Source of the DNA: an uncultured delta proteobacterium
GTDB taxonomy: Bacteria > Myxococcota > Myxococcia > Myxococcales > Myxococcaceae
Direction of reading: 5' to 3'
Assembly: GCA_963796055.1 (NCBI GenBank)
Contig: CAWCKH010000001.1
Span: 160,001-224,000, forward strand
Length of the DNA: 64,000 nucleotides
The notes beneath the pieces are model-generated. The model searched no databases. It was not told where the DNA came from and saw nothing but the letters and a program-made list of their open reading frames with translations. The position numbers were made by a program, and so were the translations under genes. Positions 27,823-36,981 of the stretch are shown one piece after another; the first letter of the stretch is position 1, and every line of letters begins with the position of its first letter.

Positions 27823-29547
27823 ATGCTCCGCCTCCTCGTCGCCGCGCTGGTCAACCTCGTCCTGCTCCTCGCCGCGGGGGTGCAGGTGCCGTTCCGCCTG
27901 CTGCGGCGGAAACGCGCCCCGGTCTACGTCCGCTTCGTGGTGAAGGGCGACCCGCCGTACCGCCAGCCCTTCCAGCGGCGCTGGCCGTGGCGGCGCGAGC
28001 GGCACGTCCCGGGCCAGGTCACCTCGCTCCACCTGCTCGACGAGGCACTGGACACCCTCGCTGCCGAGGCCACGGTGAAGGGCGTCGTCCTACAGGTCGA
28101 GTCTCTGGAGATGCCGGCCGGCAAGCGCAGCTGGCTCGCCGAGCGGCTGGCCGCGTTCCGGGCCCGGGGAAAGGAGGTGGTGGGCACGGCGGTGAGCGCG
28201 GGGAACCCGGAGTACGCGCTGCTGTGCGCCGCAGACCGCATTGCCCTGCCACGGGCCGGGCGGCTCGAGCTCACCGGCTTCCTGGCAGAGGCCACCGCCG
28301 CCGGCCGGGCCTTCGAGCAGCTGGGCATCCATCCGGAGTTCGTCCGCCGCGGCGAGCACAAGACCGCCCCCGAGCTGTTCACCCGAGCGGAGGTCTCGCC
28401 CAACCAGCGGGCGGCGCTGGAGCAGTTCCTGGACGAGCGACACACCGAGCTGGTGGAGGAGGTGGCACGCGGCCGTCGGCTCTGCCTCGAAGAGGCCCGG
28501 GCCCGGGTGGACCAGGGGCCGTACAGCGCCTCCCGTGCCCAGGCGCTGGGGCTGGTGGACCTCATCGCCGACGACGTCGGGCTGCCCGCCGCGCTGGGGC
28601 TCGAGGCCGACGAGGATCGTGCGCTGGCCGGCGCGGCAGGCATCGGCACCTTCCGGGACTGGGAGCGCGCGCGGCGGCTGCCGCGCGTCCGCTGGATGAC
28701 CTGGCGGCGCACGACGCGGCTGGCCGTGGTTCCGGTCTCCGGGATGATCGCCCAGGCACCTTCGGGCGCGCCCCCGGTGGGGCCGGCCATCGCCGGCTCC
28801 GAGACGCTGGTCGCGGGACTCCGGGCGGCGGCCCGTGACCGCGCGAGCCCGGCGGCGGTGCTGTACGTGAACAGCCCCGGCGGGAGCGCACTGGCCTCCG
28901 AGCTGGTGCTCACCGAGGTGAGGCGGCTCGCGGCGCGCAAGCCGGTCATCGCCTACGTCGACCGGGTGGCCGCCTCGGGCGGGTACATGGTCGCGCTCGG
29001 GGCGAAGGAGATCTGGACCAGCCCGGGGAGCATCCTGGGCAGCATCGGCGTCTTCGCCGGGAAGTTCGACCTCTCGGAGCTCCTGACCCGGGTCGGCGTG
29101 CACCGGGAGGTGCTGACCCGTGGCGAGCACGCGGGCCTGCTCACCTCGGCGCGCCCGCTCACCCTCGGGGAGCGCGAGGCGCTCGAGGCCGAGGTGGAAG
29201 AGATCTACGGCCGCTTCGTGGAGCTCGTCTCGGAACACCGCGGGATGTCGCCCGAGGCGGTGCGCGCGCGGGGCGAGGGTCGGGTCTACACCGCGGTCGC
29301 CGCCCAGGAAGCGGGGCTGGTGGACACCCTGGGCTCGTTCGAGGCGGCCTGCGCCCGCGCCTTCGCGCTCGCCGGACGTGCCCCGCGCCGGTTCGAGCTG
29401 CATCCGTTCGGGCTCCCGCGGCGACGGCTGCCGCTGCTCTCGCTGCTCCGCGGCGTGCTCGCCCCGGCGGTGTACGCGCTCTGGTGGCCGACCTGGACCG
29501 GGCCCGGCCTCCGGGGCAGCGAGGACTTCGGGGTGGACGGCGGGTAG
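27823..29547 (+). CDS. sppA: Signal peptide peptidase SppA (protease IV, two-domain S49)
   Basis: GEHKTAPE Lys, NSPGGSALASE, AASGGY catalytic Ser, GSIGV, EGRVYT; N-terminal TM. Confidence 0.9.
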   Translation: MLRLLVAALVNLVLLLAAGVQVPFRLLRRKRAPVYVRFVVKGDPPYRQPFQRRWPWRRERHVPGQVTSLHLLDEALDTLAAEATVKGVVLQVESLEMPAGKRSWLAERLAAFRARGKEVVGTAVSAGNPEYALLCAADRIALPRAGRLELTGFLAEATAAGRAFEQLGIHPEFVRRGEHKTAPELFTRAEVSPNQRAALEQFLDERHTELVEEVARGRRLCLEEARARVDQGPYSASRAQALGLVDLIADDVGLPAALGLEADEDRALAGAAGIGTFRDWERARRLPRVRWMTWRRTTRLAVVPVSGMIAQAPSGAPPVGPAIAGSETLVAGLRAAARDRASPAAVLYVNSPGGSALASELVLTEVRRLAARKPVIAYVDRVAASGGYMVALGAKEIWTSPGSILGSIGVFAGKFDLSELLTRVGVHREVLTRGEHAGLLTSARPLTLGEREALEAEVEEIYGRFVELVSEHRGMSPEAVRARGEGRVYTAVAAQEAGLVDTLGSFEAACARAFALAGRAPRRFELHPFGLPRRRLPLLSLLRGVLAPAVYALWWPTWTGPGLRGSEDFGVDGG

Positions 29548-29561
29548 GCTGGAGCTCCCTG

Positions 29562-30125
29562 GTGCGCGCCCTCGCCGTCCTCGTCCTGCTGCTCGCCGCC
29601 GGCTGTGCCACCGCCCCGCGCAGCTCGCCGGCGGAGGCCTACCTCTCGGCGCTGGAACGCAACGACCTCGACGCCGCCTGGTTGCTGACCTCCACCCGGT
29701 TCCGGGAGGGCACCGACCGCGGCGCGTTCCAGGCCCGGCTGGCCGACCCCGCGTTGCGGGCCGCCCACGTGGCCCGGGTGCGCGCCGCGCTCGCCGAGGC
29801 CGCCCCGGAGCTGCTCGACGTGCCCCCTCCCACCGGGCAGCCGGCCGAGGCGGTGCGGGCGCTGGTCCGGGCGGCCCGGGCCGCGGACTTCGCCGAGGCC
29901 TGGCGATGGCTCGCCGCGCCCGAGCGGGCCCGCTACACCCCGGAGCGTCTCGCCCGGGACTTCCAGGCGGCGCCCGGAACCGACCAGCGGCTGTCCCGGG
30001 CCCTGGTGGCGGTGGAGCGTCCGGGCGAGACGGCGGGCGCGGAGACCCGCTGGCCGTTACCGAGCGGCGGGGCCGTGCGGGTGGTGCTCGAGGACGGCAA
30101 CCCGAGGGTGATCGCGCTGGAGTAG
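29562..30125 (+). CDS. Putative lipoprotein with internally duplicated helical motif
   Basis: Lipobox LAAGC; PAEAYLSALERNDLDAAW resembles PAEAVRALVRAARAADFAEAW. Confidence 0.72.
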   Translation: MRALAVLVLLLAAGCATAPRSSPAEAYLSALERNDLDAAWLLTSTRFREGTDRGAFQARLADPALRAAHVARVRAALAEAAPELLDVPPPTGQPAEAVRALVRAARAADFAEAWRWLAAPERARYTPERLARDFQAAPGTDQRLSRALVAVERPGETAGAETRWPLPSGGAVRVVLEDGNPRVIALE

Positions 30126-30199
30126 TGGTTTGACAGGCCGCGCACCCCCGGGCGAGGGTGCCCGCCCGCCGGCAGGACTGCGGACACATGGGAGTGACG

Positions 30200-31276
30200 A
30201 TGCCCACCGAGAAGGACGTGCTTGCGGCGTTGAGCACGGTGATGGACCCCGAGCTGAACGTGAGCCTGGTGCAGGCCGGGATGGTGAAGTCGGTTCGCGT
30301 CGACGGGGGGCGCGTCTCCGCCACCATCGAGCTCACCACCCCTGCGTGCCCGCTGAAGGGGAAGATCCAGGCCGACGCCGAGGCCGCGCTCAAGGCCGTT
30401 CCGGGAGTCACCGGGCTCGACCTCACATGGGGCGCGCAGGTGCGCGGCCAGCCGCAGGCCACCGGGATGCTCCCTGGGGTGAAGAACATCATCCTGGTGG
30501 GCGCGGGGAAGGGCGGGGTGGGGAAGAGCACGGTCGCGGTGAACCTCGCCGTGTCCCTGGCGAAGCACGGGGCGAGCGTGGGGCTCCTGGACGCCGACTT
30601 CTACGGCCCCTCCATCCCGATGATGACCGGGCTGTCGGACCAGCGGCCGGTGAGCCCGGACGGGAAGCGGCTGGAGCCGCTCGAGGCGCTGGGGATCAAG
30701 ATCATGTCCCTCGGCTTCCTGGTCGAGCCCGACCAGGCGCTCATCTGGCGAGGGCCGATGCTCCACGGCGCCCTCCAGCAGCTGATGCGCGACGTCAACT
30801 GGGGCGCCCTCGACTACCTGGTGATGGACCTGCCGCCGGGCACCGGGGACGTGGCGCTCACGGTGTCGCAGAGCATCCGGGCCTCGGGGGCGGTGCTGGT
30901 GACGACTCCCCAGGACGTGGCCCTGGCCGACGTGGTGCGGGCCAAGCAGATGTTCGACAAGGTGCACATCCCGGTGCTGGGCATCGTGGAGAACATGAGC
31001 GAGTTCGTCTGCCCGCACTGTCACACCACCACTGCCATCTTCCACCATGGGGGCGGGCGGCGCGCCGCGGAGCTCTTCGGGGTTCCTTTCCTGGGCGAGA
31101 TCGCGCTCGAGCTTCAAGTCAGGGTGGGCGGGGACGAGGGGCGGCCAGTGGTGGCCGCGTTCCCCGAGTCGGCGGAGGCCCAGGCCTTCATGTCGGTGGC
31201 CCGCGCGGTGGCCGGACGGGTGTCGGTGGCCAACGGGGCGCGCCCGGCAGCAGCGCCTGTCCCCGCGGCGAGCTAG
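30200..31276 (+). CDS. apbC: Mrp/ApbC Fe-S cluster carrier ATPase
   Basis: DUF59 N-terminus (DPEL, TTPACP), GKGGVGKST, WRGPM, DLPPGTGD, VTTPQ, ENMS..CPHC. Confidence 0.95.
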   Translation: MPTEKDVLAALSTVMDPELNVSLVQAGMVKSVRVDGGRVSATIELTTPACPLKGKIQADAEAALKAVPGVTGLDLTWGAQVRGQPQATGMLPGVKNIILVGAGKGGVGKSTVAVNLAVSLAKHGASVGLLDADFYGPSIPMMTGLSDQRPVSPDGKRLEPLEALGIKIMSLGFLVEPDQALIWRGPMLHGALQQLMRDVNWGALDYLVMDLPPGTGDVALTVSQSIRASGAVLVTTPQDVALADVVRAKQMFDKVHIPVLGIVENMSEFVCPHCHTTTAIFHHGGGRRAAELFGVPFLGEIALELQVRVGGDEGRPVVAAFPESAEAQAFMSVARAVAGRVSVANGARPAAAPVPAAS

Positions 31277-31303
31277 GCTCCCTCCCGCGTGGTGGACGCC
31301 TCC

Positions 31304-31729
31304 ATGGACGAGGACGAGCTCGACGTCGATGCGCCGGACGCCCCGGGAGATGGGCCGCGCGGCCCCATCGTCGAGCTGATGCGCAAGGTGGCCTTCGCCG
31401 GGCTGGGGGCGCTGTTCATGACCGAGGAAGGGATCCGCGCCCTCGCCGGTCAGCTCAAGCTTCCCAAGGAGGCGCTGGGCTTCGTCCTCTCGCAGGCCGA
31501 GCGCACCAAGGACGAGGTGGGGCGCGTCCTGTCCGAGGAGGTCCGCCGGTTCCTCCGCTCGGACAAGCTCCGGGCGGAATTCCTCCAGCTGCTCTCCGGC
31601 ATGCGGGTGGAGGTGACCGCGCAGGTCCGGCTGGTCCCCGACCCCGAGCGAAAGCCCGGTGAGCCACCGAGATCCCGGGTGGAGGTGACCACCGTGCGCA
31701 CCCGGGGCTCGCGCAAGAAGTCCGAGTGA
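31304..31729 (+). CDS. Hypothetical protein with phasin-like N-terminal helix
   Basis: RKVAFAGLGALFMTEE motif, good codon bias; start 31289 or 31304. Confidence 0.7.
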   Translation: MDEDELDVDAPDAPGDGPRGPIVELMRKVAFAGLGALFMTEEGIRALAGQLKLPKEALGFVLSQAERTKDEVGRVLSEEVRRFLRSDKLRAEFLQLLSGMRVEVTAQVRLVPDPERKPGEPPRSRVEVTTVRTRGSRKKSE

Positions 31730-32124
31730 CGTTCTCCGGCCCTCCGGAAGCGGCGGCGGGCGGCACCCACCGCTCGCGGCTCCTGCGCCGCCTCGTGCCG
31801 CTGGCGCTGATCGCCCTGGGCCTCGTGCTCTGGCGCAGTCCTCTGTTGCCCCAGCCGCACACCCTCGTCTGGGACCGACCGTCCGGTCAGTCGGTGGCCT
31901 CGGCGGAGGTGCAGCTCTGGCGGGGGGAGGCGCTGCTCGCGCGGGCCGAGTGGCCCGACGCCTCGCAGGGCACGCTCAGCCAGCAGCTCACCCTCCGGGG
32001 CGGGAGCGTCCGGGTGCTGAGCTTCGTCCGGCTGCGCGACGGGACCGAGCGCCGCGGCGACCAGGAGCTCACTCTCGGGGGCGAGGAGGTGGTGCACGCG
32101 CCCCTTCTCCCCGTCGACCGTTGA
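31726..32124 (+). CDS. Hypothetical single-TM protein
   Basis: GTGA overlap with upstream gene; TM LVPLALIALGLVLW. Confidence 0.6.
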   Translation: MTFSGPPEAAAGGTHRSRLLRRLVPLALIALGLVLWRSPLLPQPHTLVWDRPSGQSVASAEVQLWRGEALLARAEWPDASQGTLSQQLTLRGGSVRVLSFVRLRDGTERRGDQELTLGGEEVVHAPLLPVDR

Positions 32125-32149
32125 CCGGCCCGGGGGCCGACAGTAGACA
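32121..32149 (+). promoter_or_regulatory. Putative sigma70 promoter for the hbd operon (TTGACC-N17-TAGACA)
   Basis: Correct spacing; -35 box overlaps the TGA stop of the upstream gene. Confidence 0.5.
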
Positions 32150-32166
32150 GCCGGGCCGAGGCAACC

Positions 32167-33021
32167 ATGGCCAACGAGCACGTGCTGGTGGTCGGCGCAG
32201 GACAGATGGGAGCGGGAGTCGCCCAGGTCGCACTGACCGCCGGGCTCCGGGTCACGCTCGTGGACGTGGCAACGGAGGCGGTGGAGAAAGGCGCCGGGCG
32301 CATCCGCACGGGGCTGGGGAAGCTCCGGGAGAAGGGCAAGCTGGATGCGCATGCCGAGAAGGCCGCGCTGGACCGCCTGGTGCTCGCCACCAGTGCCCGC
32401 GAGGCCCGGGAGGTGGACGTGGCCATCGAGGCTGCGACCGAGAACGAGGAGCTGAAGAAGCGCATCTTCCAGGACCTCGACGCGGTGGTCCGCCCCGGCG
32501 GGGTGCTGGCCACCAACACCTCGTCCATCCCCATCACCCGCATCGGCGCCGCGACCCGGCGTCCCGAGGCGGTCATCGGGATGCACTTCATGAACCCGGT
32601 GCCGGTGATGCAGCTGGTGGAGCTGATCCGCGGTGCGGCCACGTCGGACGCCACCTTCGAGTTCACCCGGCTGCTGGCCCAGGCGATGGGGAAGACGGTG
32701 GTCGCCTCGCGCGACTATCCCGGATTCATCGTCAACCGCATCCTCATCCCGATGCTCAACGAGGCGGCCTACGCCCTGATGGAGGGGCTGGGGACGGCCG
32801 AGGACATCGACACCGCGATGAAGCTCGGCACCAACCAGCCCATGGGCCCGTTGCAGCTGGCGGACTTCATCGGCCTGGACACGGTGCTGTTCATCGCCGA
32901 GGTGATGCACCGGGGGCTGGGGGATCCGAAGTACCGGCCCTGTCCGCTGCTCCGGCAGTACGTGGACGCCGGCTGGCTGGGGAAGAAGACCGGGCGCGGG
33001 TTCCACGTCTACGAGAGGTGA
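32167..33021 (+). CDS. hbd: 3-hydroxybutyryl-CoA dehydrogenase
   Basis: GAGQMG Rossmann motif, EAATEN, TNTSSI, GMHFMNPVPVM, PGFIVNR, PMGPLQLADFIGLD. Confidence 0.93.
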   Translation: MANEHVLVVGAGQMGAGVAQVALTAGLRVTLVDVATEAVEKGAGRIRTGLGKLREKGKLDAHAEKAALDRLVLATSAREAREVDVAIEAATENEELKKRIFQDLDAVVRPGGVLATNTSSIPITRIGAATRRPEAVIGMHFMNPVPVMQLVELIRGAATSDATFEFTRLLAQAMGKTVVASRDYPGFIVNRILIPMLNEAAYALMEGLGTAEDIDTAMKLGTNQPMGPLQLADFIGLDTVLFIAEVMHRGLGDPKYRPCPLLRQYVDAGWLGKKTGRGFHVYER

Positions 33022-33030
33022 GGAGGGGCC

Positions 33031-33813
33031 ATGGCCGAGGTGAACGTCCGGGTCGAGATCGAGGGTCTGTTCGCCACGGTGACGGTGGACCGGCCGAAGT
33101 CGCTCAACGCGCTGGACACCCGCACCCTTCAAGAGCTGGAGAGGGCCGCGGGTGACCTCGCCCAGCGCAGCGACCTCCGCGGGGTCATCGTCACCGGGGC
33201 GGGGGAGAAGGCCTTCGTCGCCGGGGCGGACATCGCGGCGATGAACGGCATGAATGCCGACCAGGCCCGTCACTTCGGCGCCCTGGGGCAGCGGGTGATG
33301 GACGTCATCGCCGCGCTCCCGATGCCGGTGGTGGCGGCGGTCAACGGCTTCGCGCTCGGGGGCGGCTGCGAGCTGGCCCTGGCCTGCGACTTCATCTACG
33401 CCTCGGACAACGCGCGGTTCGGGCTGCCCGAGGTGAGCCTCGGCATCCTCCCCGGCTTCGGAGGGACGCAGCGGCTGACCCGTCTGCTGGGCCGTGCCAG
33501 GGCCAAGGAGCTCATCTTCAGCGGGGACGTCATCGATGCGGCCAAGGCCAGGGAGATCGGCCTGGTGCTGGACGTCGTTCCGTTGCCCCAGCTCCTCGGC
33601 CACGTCCGCGCCGCGCTGGAGCGGGTGGCGAAGAAGGGGCCGCTGGCGGTTCGCCGGGCCAAGGAGGCCATCGACCGCGGCGCGGACCTCGAGATGGCCG
33701 ATGGGCTGCGCATCGAGCGCGAGGTGTTCTCCGACCTCTTCGCCTCCGCCGACCGGCGGGAGGGAATGAAGGCCTTTCTCGAGAAGCGGCCCCCGGTCTT
33801 CACCGGACGCTAG
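33031..33813 (+). CDS. Enoyl-CoA hydratase (crotonase)
   Basis: AFVAGADI, NGFALGGGCELA, PEVSLGILPGFGGTQRL. Confidence 0.93.
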   Translation: MAEVNVRVEIEGLFATVTVDRPKSLNALDTRTLQELERAAGDLAQRSDLRGVIVTGAGEKAFVAGADIAAMNGMNADQARHFGALGQRVMDVIAALPMPVVAAVNGFALGGGCELALACDFIYASDNARFGLPEVSLGILPGFGGTQRLTRLLGRARAKELIFSGDVIDAAKAREIGLVLDVVPLPQLLGHVRAALERVAKKGPLAVRRAKEAIDRGADLEMADGLRIEREVFSDLFASADRREGMKAFLEKRPPVFTGR

Positions 33814-33826
33814 GCACCAGGCGCTC

Positions 33827-34969
33827 ATGGACTTCGAACTGACCGATCTGCAGCGCGAGACGCAGCGCCTGGCCCGCGAGTTCGCCGCCCGGGAGCTGCT
33901 CCCCAACGCCCGGAAGTGGGACGAGGAGCACCGGTTCCCGGCCGAGGTGGTGAAGAAGCTGGCCGAGCTGTCGCTGCTCGCGGTGGCGGTCCCCGAGGAG
34001 TGGGGTGGGGCGGGCCTGGACAACGTGGCCTATGCCCTCTCCATCGAGGAGCTGAGCCGCGGGGACGCCTCGGTGGGGGTCATCTCCTCGGTGAACAACT
34101 CGCTCTACTGCGACCCGATCCTCAAGTTCGGCACCGACGCCCAGAAACGCGAGTGGCTGGTCCCGTTCGCCCGCGGGGAGAAGCTGGGGTGCTTCGGGCT
34201 CACCGAGCCCGAGGCCGGCTCGGACGCGGCGGCGCAGAAGACCACCGCCGTGCGCAAGGGCGACAGCTACCTCATCAACGGCAGCAAGAACTGGATCACC
34301 AACGGCCCGGTGGCGGACGCGATCGTCCTCTTCACCATGACCGACCGGGCGGCGGGCCACCGCGGCATCTCGGCGTTCATCGTCCCCATCAGCACCCCGG
34401 GCTTCAACCGGGCGCAGCCGGACCGGAAGATGGGGATCTCCGCCGCGCTGTCCTGCTCCATCTTCTTCGAGGACATGGTGGTCCCGGCGAAGAACCTCCT
34501 CGGCAAGGAGGGCGACGGCTTCAAGATCGCCATGTCCACGCTCGACGGGGGGCGCATCGGCATCGCCGCGCAGGCGATCGGCATCGCCCGGGCCGCCTTC
34601 GAGGAGGCGCTCCGCTACGCCCAGGACCGGAAGACCTTCGGGCAGCCCATCGCCAACCACCAGGCGATCCAGTTCATGCTCGCCGACATGGCGACCGAGA
34701 TCGACGCCGCGCGGCTCCTGGTGCTCAAGGCCGCACTGATGAAGGACGCCGGGGTACGGCACAGCGCCGAGTCGGCGATGGCCAAGCTCTACGCCAGCGA
34801 GATGGCGAGCCGGGTGGCCAACAAGGGGCTGCAGATCCACGGCGGCCAGGGGTACAGCAAGGAGTTCGACGCCGAGCGCCACGTCCGCGACGCCCGGATC
34901 ACCGAGATCTACGAGGGTACGAGCGAGATCCAGCGCATCATCATCAGCGGCACCCTACTCAAGGAGTGA
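33827..34969 (+). CDS. Acyl-CoA dehydrogenase (short-chain type)
   Basis: [47 protein letters not shown]. Confidence 0.95.
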   Translation: MDFELTDLQRETQRLAREFAARELLPNARKWDEEHRFPAEVVKKLAELSLLAVAVPEEWGGAGLDNVAYALSIEELSRGDASVGVISSVNNSLYCDPILKFGTDAQKREWLVPFARGEKLGCFGLTEPEAGSDAAAQKTTAVRKGDSYLINGSKNWITNGPVADAIVLFTMTDRAAGHRGISAFIVPISTPGFNRAQPDRKMGISAALSCSIFFEDMVVPAKNLLGKEGDGFKIAMSTLDGGRIGIAAQAIGIARAAFEEALRYAQDRKTFGQPIANHQAIQFMLADMATEIDAARLLVLKAALMKDAGVRHSAESAMAKLYASEMASRVANKGLQIHGGQGYSKEFDAERHVRDARITEIYEGTSEIQRIIISGTLLKE

Positions 34970-34971
34970 CC

Positions 34972-35388
34972 ATGCTCGTCCCGCTTCTGGTCGTGCTCGC
35001 CGCCGCCGCCCCCGACGCCGGGACCACGGCTGCGCCCGGCGTCGGTGCGGCCACGCCGGCCCGCGGCTCCGGACCGGAGAAGCTGCCCTTCACCCCCGAC
35101 ACCATGCGCGAGGTGGTGCGGGCCAAGCAACCGGAGATCGAGCGCTGCTGGGAGCAGACCCTGGCCGGCACGGACAAGCCGGTCGACGGCAAGTTGCAGA
35201 CCCACTTCGTCATCACCCCGGACGGAACGGTGAAGCAGGCCAAGGTGGTGAAGAAGGGTACCACCCTGAAGAACGAGGCCCTTCACCGCTGCGTGGAGAC
35301 GGTGCTCTCCACGATGGTGTTCCCCAGGCCCCCGGACGGCAAGGACCACCCGGTGGAGTACCCGTTCAACCTCAAGGCCGTCCGCTGA
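34972..35388 (+). CDS. Exported TonB-C/AgmX-PglI C-terminal-like domain protein
   Basis: AAGGAG RBS, signal peptide, IERCWE...FVITPDGTV...RCVE...FPRP...VEYPFNL pattern; 3' end of ORF 33916..35388. Confidence 0.78.
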   Translation: MLVPLLVVLAAAAPDAGTTAAPGVGAATPARGSGPEKLPFTPDTMREVVRAKQPEIERCWEQTLAGTDKPVDGKLQTHFVITPDGTVKQAKVVKKGTTLKNEALHRCVETVLSTMVFPRPPDGKDHPVEYPFNLKAVR

Positions 35389-36533
35389 TGGAGCTCCATC
35401 TCACCGAGGCGCAGGCCCTGGTCCGCAACACCGCCCGGTCGTTCGCCCGGGAGCGGGTGGCGCCGGGAGCCCGCGAGCGCGATCGGACCGAGGCCTTTCC
35501 CGCCGAGCTGCTGCGCGAGATGGCGGAGCTGGGCCTGCTGGGGGTCAACGTCCCGGCGGCGTACGGCGGCGCCGAGGCGGGGGCCGTGGCCTATGCCCTG
35601 GCGATGATGGAGATCGCCGAGGCCTGCGCCTCCACCGCGGTGGCGATGGCGGTCACCAACATGTGCGCCGAGCTGATCACCGCCTTTGGCACCGAGGCGC
35701 AGAGGACGCGGTACGTCACCAGGCTCACCTCGGGTGAGGCGGTGGCAGGGGCGTTCGCGCTGTCCGAGCCCCAGGCCGGGAGCGATGCCTCGGCGCTGGA
35801 GACCCGGGCCGAGCGCGGCAGGGGAGGCTGGGTGCTGAACGGCAGCAAGCAGTGGATCACCTCCGGAGATCGGGCCGGGGTCATGGTCGTCTGGGCGCGG
35901 ACTGGTGGGCCTGGCGCGGGGGGGCTGTCGGCGTTCGTCGTCGAGGGGGGCACTCCCGGGCTCACCGTGGGCCGGCACGAGGACAAGATGGGGCTGCGGG
36001 CCTCCAGCACCGTGCCGCTCCAGTTCGAGGAGTGCCTGCTGCCCGCCGACGCGCTCCTGGGCGAGGAGGGGCAGGGGTTCAAGCTGGCGATGGTGGCCCT
36101 CGACGGCGGACGCATCGGGATCGCCTCCCAGGCCTGCGGGGTGGCGCGAGCCGCGCTCGCCGCCGCCGTGCACTACACCCGGGAGCGCAAGGCATTCGGC
36201 AAGTCGGTGTCGGACTTCCAGGCCGTGCGCTTCATGCTCGCCAACATCCAGACCGAGCTCGCCGCGGCCGAGCTGATGACCTTGCGGGCAGCGGGGCTCA
36301 AGGAGTCGGGGCGGCCCTTCTCCCGGGAAGCCTCGATGGCCAAGGTGTTCGCCTCGGAGATGGCGAACCGGGCGGCGGACAAGGCGGTCCAGCTCCACGG
36401 GGGGTACGGGTACATCGACGAGTTCCCGGTGGAGCGGTACCTGCGCGACGCGCGGGTGCAGACCATCTACGAGGGGACCAGCGAGATCCAGCGGATGGTC
36501 ATCGCCAGGGATCTGCTGAGGTCCGAAGGCTGA
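35388..36533 (+). CDS. Acyl-CoA dehydrogenase
   Basis: [49 protein letters not shown] overlap with upstream gene. Confidence 0.95.
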   Translation: MELHLTEAQALVRNTARSFARERVAPGARERDRTEAFPAELLREMAELGLLGVNVPAAYGGAEAGAVAYALAMMEIAEACASTAVAMAVTNMCAELITAFGTEAQRTRYVTRLTSGEAVAGAFALSEPQAGSDASALETRAERGRGGWVLNGSKQWITSGDRAGVMVVWARTGGPGAGGLSAFVVEGGTPGLTVGRHEDKMGLRASSTVPLQFEECLLPADALLGEEGQGFKLAMVALDGGRIGIASQACGVARAALAAAVHYTRERKAFGKSVSDFQAVRFMLANIQTELAAAELMTLRAAGLKESGRPFSREASMAKVFASEMANRAADKAVQLHGGYGYIDEFPVERYLRDARVQTIYEGTSEIQRMVIARDLLRSEG

Positions 36534-36981
36534 GCCCCCCGGGGCTGCGCAAGGCCTCGTTCCGGGCGCCGGCGCGCGGCACGGATGGAACCTCGCCGCC
36601 TCGATGGGACGCAGGAGCGACCGGCGGCGTGGGTGCGGTGCCCGGGCGAGCGGCCTGCGCGCACCCCGCGCGCTCAGGGGAGGCACGGTGATGCGCCGGT
36701 TTCGCGGAGGCGGTTTCCGACCCAGCCGCCCGGGCAGGCCTGCCTTCCGCGAGTCAGCACCTCCAGCCTCGGGAGGACGGTTTCCTGAAGCTGCGTTTGC
36801 GAAACCGTTTGGAATGGCTCGGAGGACCTCGCGGCCCCTCGGGCCATCCGGGCGGCCGTTTCGGTATCTGCAAGCCGGTTCGAAGCACAAAACCGGTCGG
36901 TCAGGCCGGGGCGACTGGGGAGCAGCCCAGCGGCATCCGACCTGCCGGTTTCGGGGTGCTCCACCCCCGAGCGTGTCCGGA

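Noticed and set aside
30130..30159. Perfect TTGACA upstream of apbC
   Set aside because: No acceptable -10 box at 16-18 nt (GAGGGT); not enough to call a promoter
36777..36893. CRISPR-repeat-shaped (GTTTC...AAAC, 26 and 36 nt) or hammerhead-like (CTGAAG...GAAAC) segments
   Set aside because: The segments are not copies of each other; the hammerhead core CUGANGA and stem I are missing
36895..36930. SRP RNA (ffs) call from GTCAGG...AGCAGC
   Set aside because: 15 nt between CAGG and AGCA instead of the canonical 10 with a GNRA loop; kept only as a hint pending an Rfam search
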